From Flavobacteriales bacterium (GTDB taxonomy: Bacteria; Bacteroidota; Bacteroidia; Flavobacteriales_F; PHOS-HE28): 64,000 nt of DNA. Below, in pieces: positions 28,741 to 37,053 of the stretch (position 1 is its first letter; each line of letters starts with the position of its first letter). The position numbers were made by a program, and so were the translations under genes. The notes beneath the pieces were generated by a model that saw nothing but the letters and a program-made list of their open reading frames with translations, was not told where the DNA came from and did not search any database. The stretch spans positions 77,012 through 141,011 of the forward strand of contig JBGAJW010000001.1 of NCBI GenBank assembly GCA_044224725.1, in the 5' to 3' direction.

Positions 28741-29454
28741 ATGAGCAAAGCGACTTCCGTCCGCATCGAGCGCGCCACGCTCACCTTCCTGTCAGACCTC
28801 GAAAAGCACAACGAACGGGACTGGTTCACCGCGAACAAGGACCGCTACTTGAACGCTCACGCGAACATGGCCGCCTTCGCAGAGGCCTTGATCGCGCTCA
28901 TGAACAGGCACGACCGGATCTCCACCGCATCCGGCAAGGAAAGCCTGATGCGCATCTACACGGACCAACGCTTCCACAAGGACCGCCCGCCGTACGCACC
29001 ACGTTTCGGTGGACGGTTGGCGCGCGTGAAGCCCGAGCTGCGCGGGGGCTACTTCTTCCGCATCCAACCGGGGGGGCGTTCGCACATCACTTGTGGTTTC
29101 ATGGGACCTGATGCGGAAGACATGAAACGCATCCGCGCGGACATCGCCTATGACCACAAGACCTGGGAGCGACTGCTCAGGTCCAAGGCGATCAAGATGA
29201 ACTTCGGCGAGCTTTCAGGTGAGCGACTACGCAGCGCCCCACGCGGCTTCGCCAAGGACCACCCGGCCATCGGCCTTCTGGGGCACACGCAATTCCTGTT
29301 GCAGCATCCGTTCACGGACAAGGAAGTGCTGGCAGCGGACTTCCTCGAACGCGTGGACGGCATCTACAGGAGCGTGCGCCCCTTCTTCGACCACATGAGC
29401 GAGGTGCTCACCACGGATGAGAACGGGAACCCCTTGCGGCGCACGCGCCACTGA
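28741..29454 (+). CDS. DUF2461 / TIGR02453-family protein.
   Basis: Conserved N-terminal FLSDLEKHNERDWF...Y pattern and overall length. Confidence 0.7.
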   Translation: MSKATSVRIERATLTFLSDLEKHNERDWFTANKDRYLNAHANMAAFAEALIALMNRHDRISTASGKESLMRIYTDQRFHKDRPPYAPRFGGRLARVKPELRGGYFFRIQPGGRSHITCGFMGPDAEDMKRIRADIAYDHKTWERLLRSKAIKMNFGELSGERLRSAPRGFAKDHPAIGLLGHTQFLLQHPFTDKEVLAADFLERVDGIYRSVRPFFDHMSEVLTTDENGNPLRRTRH

Positions 29455-29541
29455 CGCGACCGGGCCATCGCTTGCGCACGTGCCGATCCTGTGCATCTTC
29501 GTGGCGTCCGGGGCACCAGCGCCCCGTACCTCCTGAGCGAC

Positions 29542-29922
29542 ATGAAGACCTCGATCCGCCCCGCCGGCAGCAACACGGAAGGCACACCTTACACACCCGC
29601 CGTGGAAGCTGGTGGATTCGTGTTCGTGAGCGGCCAGATCGCCAGCGTGGCAGGCACCCGGCAGCTGCGCACGGACAACATCACCGTGGAGACGCAGACG
29701 GTGATGGACAACCTCGCTGCCATCCTCGAAGCGGCCGGCCTGACCTTGGACCACATCGTGAAGTGCTCCATCTACATCAGCAACCTGCAGTTCTACGCGG
29801 AAGTGAGCCGGGTCTACCTGGCCTGTTTCAAAGGCGATCCCCCGGCGCGCGAAACGCTCTGCGTGAAGGAGATCCCGCGCGGCGTGAATGTGATGATCAG
29901 CGCCATCGCGGTCAAAGGCTGA
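29542..29922 (+). CDS. ridA: RidA/YjgF-family reactive-intermediate deaminase.
   Basis: YjgF fold signature (AGGFVFVSGQI...GLTLDHIVKCSIYISNL...PARETLCVKEIPRGVNVMISAIA). Confidence 0.85.
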   Translation: MKTSIRPAGSNTEGTPYTPAVEAGGFVFVSGQIASVAGTRQLRTDNITVETQTVMDNLAAILEAAGLTLDHIVKCSIYISNLQFYAEVSRVYLACFKGDPPARETLCVKEIPRGVNVMISAIAVKG

Positions 29923-29927
29923 GCCCT

Positions 29928-30797
29928 TTACTTCCCGCCCATCCACTGGAACGCACGGTACACCGCCAGGTGGAGGATAGTAGCGTGCGTCTCTTCAGGG
30001 AATTCGACATAGGCCCAACGCAAGGGCTCGTGCGCATGCTCTTTGAACGCTGTACGTACCCGGTCGATGTCATCCTGCATCATATCATCATCGCTCGCCA
30101 TGGCGATGTACACACTCTTGCTGGTGTCCGCGTGCTCCTTGCACCACTTGTCGGCCGTGGTGGAAAGTGAACCGTCATCCCACCAGAGGCTCGGGCTCAC
30201 GAGGATGAAGTTGTCGAACAGTTCCGGGCGGGTGAAGAGGATCTCCGTCCCCAGCAGCCCGCCGAGCGATTGGCCGATGAGCGTTCGCGAGCCATTGGTC
30301 AGATAGGTCTTCGCGATGAACGGCTCCACTTCGTCACCGATGAAGCGGATGAACTCCGCTGACCCGCCGCTGTTCGGCACCCACACCTTGTCACTATCAT
30401 TCTTCGTGGGATGCGTGAAGTCGTGCTTACGGTCCACATTGGCGATGCCCACGATGATGGCCGGTGGCATCAGGCCGTAAGTGGCCATGAACTGCGCCAT
30501 GCCCGCGATGTGCACGAAGTCCTCGTTCGCCGATCCATCCAGCACATAGATCACCGGATAAACCCTGGTGCTGTCCGGTGAGTAGCCATCGGGCAACAAC
30601 ACGTTCAGCGTGCGGTCCTGTTGAAGGATGGCCGATCGCAAGGTGCGCACCTCCCCGAAGACGAAGGGCCTGGGCGCCGCAGAGTTCGATGGCGCAGCTT
30701 CGGTCTTGGGTTTCTGCGGAACAGGCGGCTCATCATTCGAGTGACAAGCAACGAGCGCGAGCAAGGCGATCGCGGGAATGAACGCTGAACCTTTCAT
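29928..30797 (-). CDS. Alpha/beta-hydrolase esterase (putative esterase family). Lipoprotein.
   Basis: Signal peptide with lipobox (LLALVAC) and a GQSLGG nucleophile elbow. Confidence 0.8.
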   Translation of the reverse strand: MKGSAFIPAIALLALVACHSNDEPPVPQKPKTEAAPSNSAAPRPFVFGEVRTLRSAILQQDRTLNVLLPDGYSPDSTRVYPVIYVLDGSANEDFVHIAGMAQFMATYGLMPPAIIVGIANVDRKHDFTHPTKNDSDKVWVPNSGGSAEFIRFIGDEVEPFIAKTYLTNGSRTLIGQSLGGLLGTEILFTRPELFDNFILVSPSLWWDDGSLSTTADKWCKEHADTSKSVYIAMASDDDMMQDDIDRVRTAFKEHAHEPLRWAYVEFPEETHATILHLAVYRAFQWMGGK

Positions 30798-30859
30798 GAT
30801 CGTGTGGGAAAGCCTAAAGCTATGCGCACGATTCCGACCGCGAAGCCGTTCTTGGCGCA

Positions 30860-31201
30860 ATGCGGATCATGGCACGGCTGGTCTTGATGTCCTACGTCCT
30901 GGCGTTGTTCTGCGGCCTGGGCTATTGGTGGTATGTATGGCGGATGCACGATGGCATGCCGCCACCGGACGAAGACCTCGGCCGTTGGGCGATCGCGCAT
31001 CCTTGGGCGTTCGCGTTCAGCTTGAACCTGATCACGGCACAGATAACGTATCCGGTCTTCTGGTTGCTTACGCGCAGAATGACATGGGGCGGCTTCTGGG
31101 GGGTGCTGCGCATGGCACACGCCATACTTGTCGGTTCAGCGGTCCTTCTCTTGCTGATCCTGTTGCTGGCCACCCCGGATGTGAGCGGCTTCAAGAATTG
31201 A
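30860..31201 (+). CDS. Small hypothetical membrane protein.
   Basis: Three predicted TM helices. No motif recognised. Confidence 0.4.
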   Translation: MRIMARLVLMSYVLALFCGLGYWWYVWRMHDGMPPPDEDLGRWAIAHPWAFAFSLNLITAQITYPVFWLLTRRMTWGGFWGVLRMAHAILVGSAVLLLLILLLATPDVSGFKN

Positions 31202-31258
31202 CCCTGCGCTTTTACCAGTTCAACGACGGCAATGCCATCCGTGCCTGACTTTCGCAGC

Positions 31259-32296
31259 ATGGAATTCGGCATCTACACCTTCGTCGATCACACCCCGGAT
31301 CCGATCACCGGTGAACGCATCAGCGCCGCGAAACGCCACAGCAATCTGTTGGAAGAAGCGGAACTGGCGGACCAACTCGGTTTGGATGTGTTCGGCGTGG
31401 GCGAACACCATCGCGAGGACTTCATCGCCTCCGCGCCCGCTGTCGTGCTGGCCGCTATCGCCGCGCGCACCAAGCGTATCCGGCTGAGCAGTGCGGTCAC
31501 CGTGCTCAGTTCGGAGGACCCCGTGCGTGTCTTCCAACAATACGCGACGCTCGATCTGCTGAGCAATGGGCGCGCGGAGGTGATGGCGGGCCATGGCTCG
31601 TTCACCGAATCATTCCCGCTCTTCGGCTTCGACCTGAAGGACTACAACACGCTCTACGAGGAGAACCTCGATCTGCTGCTGAAACTGCGCGAGCAGAACC
31701 ACATCACGTGGAAAGGCCGCCACCGCGCGCAGCTGACCGGCCAAGGCGTCTTCCCGCGACCGATGCAAGAATTGTTGCCGGTGTGGATCGCCGTGGGCGG
31801 CACACCGGAAAGTGTGATCCGCGCCGGAACGCTCGGTTTGCCAATGGTGCTGGCGATCATCGGTGGAGAGCCTGCGCGATTCAAACCGTTCACCGATCTC
31901 TACAAGCAGGTCTGGCGTGAAGCCGGACACGAGCCAAGCAAATTCCAACTGGGCATCGGTTCACACGGCTTTATCGCGGACACTACGGAGGAAGCCGCCG
32001 AACTGATCTACCCGCGCTACGCGATGCAGATGGGTCGCATCGGCAAGGAGCGCAGCTGGGGACCGGTCGGGCGCGGCCAATTCGACTTCGAGATCTCGCC
32101 GAACGGGGCCATGCTCCTCGGCGATCCGGAGACGGTGGCGAAGAAGATCATTCGCGAGCACGAACTGTTCGGGTTCACCCGCTTCTCACTGCAGTTCAGC
32201 GTGGGCAGCGTTCCTCATGAGAAGTTGCTGCGGTGCATCGAACTCTACGCGACCAAGGTGGTGCCGATGGTGAAGGCGGCGATCGCATCTTCGTAG
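31259..32296 (+). CDS. LLM-class (luciferase-like) flavin-dependent oxidoreductase.
   Basis: TIM-barrel LLM pattern (LGLDVFGVGEHH...VVLAAIAARTKRIRLSSAVTVL). Confidence 0.85.
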   Translation: MEFGIYTFVDHTPDPITGERISAAKRHSNLLEEAELADQLGLDVFGVGEHHREDFIASAPAVVLAAIAARTKRIRLSSAVTVLSSEDPVRVFQQYATLDLLSNGRAEVMAGHGSFTESFPLFGFDLKDYNTLYEENLDLLLKLREQNHITWKGRHRAQLTGQGVFPRPMQELLPVWIAVGGTPESVIRAGTLGLPMVLAIIGGEPARFKPFTDLYKQVWREAGHEPSKFQLGIGSHGFIADTTEEAAELIYPRYAMQMGRIGKERSWGPVGRGQFDFEISPNGAMLLGDPETVAKKIIREHELFGFTRFSLQFSVGSVPHEKLLRCIELYATKVVPMVKAAIASS

Positions 32297-32330
32297 CGTC
32301 GCCTTCGCCCAAGGGCTTCGGCACCCGAAG

Positions 32331-32663
32331 ATGGACATCAGCACTGCCCGAGAAACCATCCTGCGCGACCTCCCCGCCGAGGAGTACGACCACTTCGGCA
32401 AGGTGGCCTTCCGCATCCGGCCGAAGAAGGCGGGCGGCAAACCCGGTCGCACGTTCATGACGTTGTGGATCGAGGACGGCTTCGCGGTGTTGATGCTCGA
32501 TGTGGACCTTCAAGCTTCCCTGCTCGATCACGCTTCGGGTGCCTTCGAGAAGCACCCGAGCAAATGGGGCGACAAGGGCGCGACTATCATGCGATTGGCG
32601 AAGGTGAACGCCAAGTTGTTCAGCGAAGCGGTGGGGATCGCGTTCACCTATGCTACGCGTTAG
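32331..32663 (+). CDS. Hypothetical cytoplasmic protein (110 aa).
   Basis: ORF with codon usage like its neighbours. No secure family assignment. Confidence 0.45.
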   Translation: MDISTARETILRDLPAEEYDHFGKVAFRIRPKKAGGKPGRTFMTLWIEDGFAVLMLDVDLQASLLDHASGAFEKHPSKWGDKGATIMRLAKVNAKLFSEAVGIAFTYATR

Positions 32664-32707
32664 GTCAGTACATCCGAGGAGCGATCGTTCACAATGCGGA
32701 TACCCGC

Positions 32708-33457
32708 TCACCGCCGGAAGAGCTGGCCCAACTTCCGCATGGGCTTGGCCACGATGATCAAGGGGCTCACCCGCTCACCGTTCAGCTTCCACGCCTTGTA
32801 CACTTCCAGGTTCGCACGCCAGATGTGCACGAGCGATCGGTTGCTCACCCCCCCGAGCCTGAAACGTACGAGCACCTTCGGCACGTAGCGGACGCGGATC
32901 CGGTGCTTGTACATGAAGCGGAACATGAGCTCGTAGTCCGCGCTCACCTTCAGGTCCTCGCGGAAGTGGCCGAAGCGATCATAGATGTCCTTGCGTATGT
33001 AGGTACCCAAATGCGGGGGCATCCAGCCTGAACGGAAATTCTCGCGGTCATAGATCCCTCCTTTCCAGAAGCGCTTGACCTTTTTGATGTCGTCCGGGTC
33101 CACCATATAGGCGTCCCCATAGATCGCGTCCGCATCGCCTTTTTCGAACTCGGCCGCCATTTCGGACACGCAGCTGCGGTGCACGATCATATCGCCCGCG
33201 TTCACGAAGGCGATCACTTCACCCGTCGCCGCGCGCAGGCCCTTGTTCATCGCGTCGTACACGCCCTTGTCCTTCTCGCTGGTGAAATGCGCGATCACTT
33301 CACGGTAGCGCTCGATACGTTGCTGCGTGCCGTCGGTGCTCCCGCCGTCGATCACGATGTGCTCGATGTCCTTGTGGTCCTGCATCACCACGCTGCGCAT
33401 CGTCTCGTCGATGTGCTCGGCGGCGTTGTAGCAGATGGTGATGACGGAGACCTTCAC
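32708..33457 (-). CDS. Family 2 glycosyltransferase.
   Basis: GT2 motifs (VITICYN, DGGSTDGT, AFVNAGD). Confidence 0.85.
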   Translation of the reverse strand: MKVSVITICYNAAEHIDETMRSVVMQDHKDIEHIVIDGGSTDGTQQRIERYREVIAHFTSEKDKGVYDAMNKGLRAATGEVIAFVNAGDMIVHRSCVSEMAAEFEKGDADAIYGDAYMVDPDDIKKVKRFWKGGIYDRENFRSGWMPPHLGTYIRKDIYDRFGHFREDLKVSADYELMFRFMYKHRIRVRYVPKVLVRFRLGGVSNRSLVHIWRANLEVYKAWKLNGERVSPLIIVAKPMRKLGQLFRR

Positions 33458-34083
33458 GACGGATCGATCACACGCTCGCGCACGGGCACGGCTGGATTGC
33501 CCTGGTAGATCATGTACGGCTCCAGATCCTTGGTGGCCACGCTGCCGGCGGAAAGCACACTGTGGCTTCGGAGCGTCACACCGAGCATCACCATGGCTCC
33601 CGCTCCTACCCAGCTACCATTCTCCAGAACCACGGGGCCGCTCATCGTGGGGTAATCCACCTTCTTGTAGTTGTGGCTGCCCTGGATGATCATGCCGCCT
33701 TGGGAGATCACCACGTTGTTGCCGAGCGTGAGCTGATCGATGTTGATGATCATGCCGCCTTGGGAGATCACCACGTTGTTGCCGAGCGTGAGCTGATCGA
33801 TGTTGTCCAACCAAGCACGCTGGCCGATCCAGCAGTGATCGCCGATGGTCAGCTTCCAAGGATACTTGATGTTGACGCCGGGATGGATCACGACCCCCTT
33901 CCCCACACGCGCGCCGAACATCCGCAACAGGCCCGGCTTCACGCTACGGAAAGGAAAGCAGGGATTCAGGAAGAACAGTGCATTGGTGAAATACCACAGA
34001 GTCATCTTCAGCGCGCCGGCCCCTTTCGGGAAATCAGCGTTACTGAAGCGGGAGAGATCCACGCGCTGGCGTTCTGCGCTCAT
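33454..34083 (-). CDS. Hexapeptide-repeat (left-handed beta-helix) acetyltransferase, WcaF/colanic-acid-acetyltransferase-like. Contains an internal perfect 60-bp tandem duplication.
   Basis: Hexapeptide repeats (IGDHCWIGQRAWL, LGNNVVISQGGMI repeated twice exactly). Its stop overlaps the GT2 start (ATGA). Confidence 0.85.
   Translation of the reverse strand: MSAERQRVDLSRFSNADFPKGAGALKMTLWYFTNALFFLNPCFPFRSVKPGLLRMFGARVGKGVVIHPGVNIKYPWKLTIGDHCWIGQRAWLDNIDQLTLGNNVVISQGGMIINIDQLTLGNNVVISQGGMIIQGSHNYKKVDYPTMSGPVVLENGSWVGAGAMVMLGVTLRSHSVLSAGSVATKDLEPYMIYQGNPAVPVRERVIDPS
33688..33807. repeat. Perfect 60-bp direct tandem duplication (2 x GATCATGCCGCCTTGGGAGATCACCACGTTGTTGCCGAGCGTGAGCTGATCGATGTTGAT) inside the acetyltransferase CDS.
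   Basis: Identical 60-mers are adjacent. They encode DNIDQLTLGNNVVISQGGMII twice. Confidence 0.85.
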
Positions 34084-35109
34084 CGGGTGAACAGTGCGAG
34101 GCTTCGTTCCACGGTGGCTGGATCGCCCAAATATCGCTTGCCCATGGCGAACGCCCCTTTGCTCCAACGATCGTACTCGGCCTGCTCGGCGCGTACCAAC
34201 CGCTCAATGGCGCGCACGAACAGGTTTCCCCCGTTCAACGGCAGGTCCCACCCGGCATGCTTCTCTTCCAGCCCTTTCCAAGGCGTTCGATCGCTGATCA
34301 ACAGCGGCAACCCGCTGGCAAGCGCCTCGGCCATCGTATGCCCGAAATTCTCGCCTTGGCTTGGCATGAAGAGCGCGTGGTATCCCGCAAAGAGCGCGGG
34401 CACCTTTTCCGGGTCGATCACACCCTTGTAGTTGACCTTGACGTTGGAAGGAAGAGCGGCGATGGCTTGTTCGCAGCGTTGCCAATACGCATTGTCATAG
34501 ATCGGCCCGTACAGGTCGAAGGTGATGTCACCGGCGAGGCGGTTCAACCGTTCGATCGCGAAGAGCGTGTTCTTCTCCACGGCGATGCGGGCCACGCTGA
34601 CCAGTCGCAGTTCACCGGGTTTCTTCTCTCGACGGGGCGGTTCCGATGCGCTCAGCTTGCGTCCGAGATTCGGGACTTCCACCGCGCTTCTTCAGGGCAC
34701 CATGCTTCATCATACCGCTCGCAAGCATACCGCGAACGGCGACGATCCGCTTCTGCTTCGAGCCGCGCAGCAACCACAGCGGAAGGATGCTGAACGCCCA
34801 CGCATAGATGCCGTTGATGTAGACCGCATCCCAGTCGCGCTCCTTCAACAAGCGCCTCCAGACATCCGCGTTGGCGGCACGCTGTGATGCATACCACACA
34901 CGCTCACCACCGGATAACGTGGTCCATGTGTCGGGTGTGATGCCTTCATAGGGCTTCGATTCGGTGTAGTCCGTAACCGAAGTGACGATGTGGAAGTCGA
35001 TGCGGTCGCGGAGATGATCGACCATGTTCACCAAGCTCCGCACCGGGCCGCCCGCTTTGAACCCGGGCGAGTACCAGCCTATGAAAACGAGCAAACGAGG
35101 CTTACGCAC
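34080..35109 (-). pseudogene. GT4-family glycosyltransferase split into two overlapping ORFs (N-terminal half 34612-35109, C-terminal half 34080-34682). This is a frameshift or a sequencing error.
   Basis: N-terminal ORF has the GT4 N-domain (LLVFIGWYSPGFKAGGPVRSL). C-terminal ORF has the glycos_transf_1 core (LRLVSVARIAVEKN...MPSQGENFGHTMAEALASGLPLLISD). They are in different frames. Confidence 0.6.
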
Positions 35110-36187
35110 GCGAGGTCCGGATGATGTCCATGAGCACCGCGGCCCAACGCTCCGGGCTCCAGCTCCGGCCGAGTTCCGAACTGGCGTAGCCCATGCCGCG
35201 CAATCGTTCGTCCGGCAGTGCGATGAGCTTGCGCAAGGAGGCCTTCAAGCTGTTCTTGTCGCCTGCCCGGAAGCGGGTGCCGTTAAAATCCTCCTTCAGG
35301 AAACGTTCGGCCGCGCCCACCGCGTCGCTCAGGATGAGCGGGAAGCCCGCGACAGCGTGCTCGTGCACCACCACGCCCCATGGCTCGTAGGTGCTGGGCA
35401 GGATGAACACGCCCGTGTGCTCCAGATAGCCATACATGCTCTCGGCCTGCACGAAGCCGATGTGCCGTATCCGTGGATGACGCCCGCCCGTCGAGCTCTT
35501 CACGGCCTCTTCCAGTTCGCCGGTACCGATGAACCAGAGTTCCCAGTCGCCGGCGGCACCTTCATCGCACAATTCCGCGAACGCATCACAGAGCAACTGC
35601 TGCCCTTTCGTCGCGATGTAGCGTGCGACACAGAGGAAGCGGTGCGGGAACCGCTGGGCCTTGGCGGCGGCGAACCGGTCGGCCAAGGGCTGGAAGCGTT
35701 CGACATCGGCGGAGTAGAAGCCGCGTTTGATGGCGAAGGGGGGAAAGCCGAGGAAACGGGCATAGGTGGCCTGGGCCTCGCCGGTGACCCAGGCGTGGCT
35801 GAACGTGCGACGGAGCCAGAAACGGGAAGTGCCCACAGCGGCCCACTGGCGAACATCGCCGCGCCAGGCGGTATCGCTGCACATGACCACGGGCACACCG
35901 CGCTTGCGGAAATCCCGGCAGACGGAGAGGTATCCCTTGTCCACCCAACCGCTGGCCAGCACAATGTCCGGATCGATCCGGTTGGCGAGGCGGTGCAGCG
36001 GCAATTCGTCCAGCCCGTTCCGATCGTACACCTTCACGCGGTCCGCGAAGCGCAGATCGAAGGGGGCCTCCTTGTTCACCGGCCATCGCACGATGTGGAC
36101 TTCCACATCGTGGTCCTTCACCAGCCGCTCCACGCAGGCCAGGAAATACGGGGCCAGCTCGGTGTAGAGGAATAGTACCCGTTTCAA
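35102..36187 (-). CDS. GT4-family glycosyltransferase. Probable TTG start overlapping the upstream stop.
   Basis: GT4 pattern (VLFLYTELAPYF...FILPSTYEPWGVVVHEHAVAGFPLILSD). The long N-terminal extension in the track ORF is a GC artefact. Confidence 0.75.
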   Translation of the reverse strand: MKRVLFLYTELAPYFLACVERLVKDHDVEVHIVRWPVNKEAPFDLRFADRVKVYDRNGLDELPLHRLANRIDPDIVLASGWVDKGYLSVCRDFRKRGVPVVMCSDTAWRGDVRQWAAVGTSRFWLRRTFSHAWVTGEAQATYARFLGFPPFAIKRGFYSADVERFQPLADRFAAAKAQRFPHRFLCVARYIATKGQQLLCDAFAELCDEGAAGDWELWFIGTGELEEAVKSSTGGRHPRIRHIGFVQAESMYGYLEHTGVFILPSTYEPWGVVVHEHAVAGFPLILSDAVGAAERFLKEDFNGTRFRAGDKNSLKASLRKLIALPDERLRGMGYASSELGRSWSPERWAAVLMDIIRTSRA

Positions 36188-37050
36188 TCGTTCAGTTTCA
36201 AGGCTCCGGCCGTGGACCAGTGGACTGTGCGCATCAGCTCCGCGAAGGTGGTGAAGGTGAAGTCGCGGAAGAGGGCGTGCATCTTCGGTTCGGTGGTCTT
36301 CATCCCGGTGTACGTCATGAAGCGGCGCTTGGGGCTCATGGGCAAACGCGGCTGTGCGGGATCGATCTCGCGCGGGTGCAGATAGAACACGGCCGGTCGG
36401 TCCTCGGCGAGCACTTGCCTCACCTTGTGCTTGATCAACGCGTAGGGGAAGAAGCGCAGATAGCCCCCACCGAAGAAGTACATCGGCCTGCCCGCGGTGC
36501 GCGCCAAGGAGATCGGGAACTCGACGAGGTCCCCGTGCTTGGTGGAGATGATGTGCGGAACGGGATGTGCGTTCGGCAGGCCTCCATGGCCGCGGCTTCC
36601 GGGAAAAACGCTGCTGTCGTAGCGATAACCGGCCTCCCTCACACGATCGAAGAACCAGGGCGTTCCCGTCGTCACGCTGAAACCCGGGCACCGGTAGCCT
36701 TTCACTTCCACACCGCCTGCGCGCTCGATGATGTCCTTCGCCTTGCGGATATCATCGAAGAACCGCTGCTCGCTGATGGTATAGACCAGTTCGTGCGCAT
36801 AGCCGTGGCTGGCGATCTCGTGCCCATCGTCCACGGCCTCCTTCACGAGATCCGGCCAACGCTCCACGACCCACGCGAGGAAGAAGAGCGTACACTTCAC
36901 ATCATGCTGCCTGAAGATGGCCAGCATGCGCCGTGTGTTCTTCACCACATCGCTCTGCAACGACGGCCATTGGTCCAGTCTCGGCGTGCACGGCAGATCG
37001 AGGATGTGGAACCAGTCCTCTACATCGAGTGTGAAAATGCAGGCTCGCAC
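36184..37050 (-). CDS. Polysaccharide deacetylase family protein (NodB-like with a DUF3473-type C-terminus). Resembles the PEP-CTERM-locus subfamily.
   Basis: NodB motifs (TLDVEDWFH, HGYAHE) and C-terminal DUF3473-like region. The subfamily assignment is from memory and needs confirmation. Confidence 0.8.
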   Translation of the reverse strand: MRACIFTLDVEDWFHILDLPCTPRLDQWPSLQSDVVKNTRRMLAIFRQHDVKCTLFFLAWVVERWPDLVKEAVDDGHEIASHGYAHELVYTISEQRFFDDIRKAKDIIERAGGVEVKGYRCPGFSVTTGTPWFFDRVREAGYRYDSSVFPGSRGHGGLPNAHPVPHIISTKHGDLVEFPISLARTAGRPMYFFGGGYLRFFPYALIKHKVRQVLAEDRPAVFYLHPREIDPAQPRLPMSPKRRFMTYTGMKTTEPKMHALFRDFTFTTFAELMRTVHWSTAGALKLND

Positions 37051-37053
37051 GCG

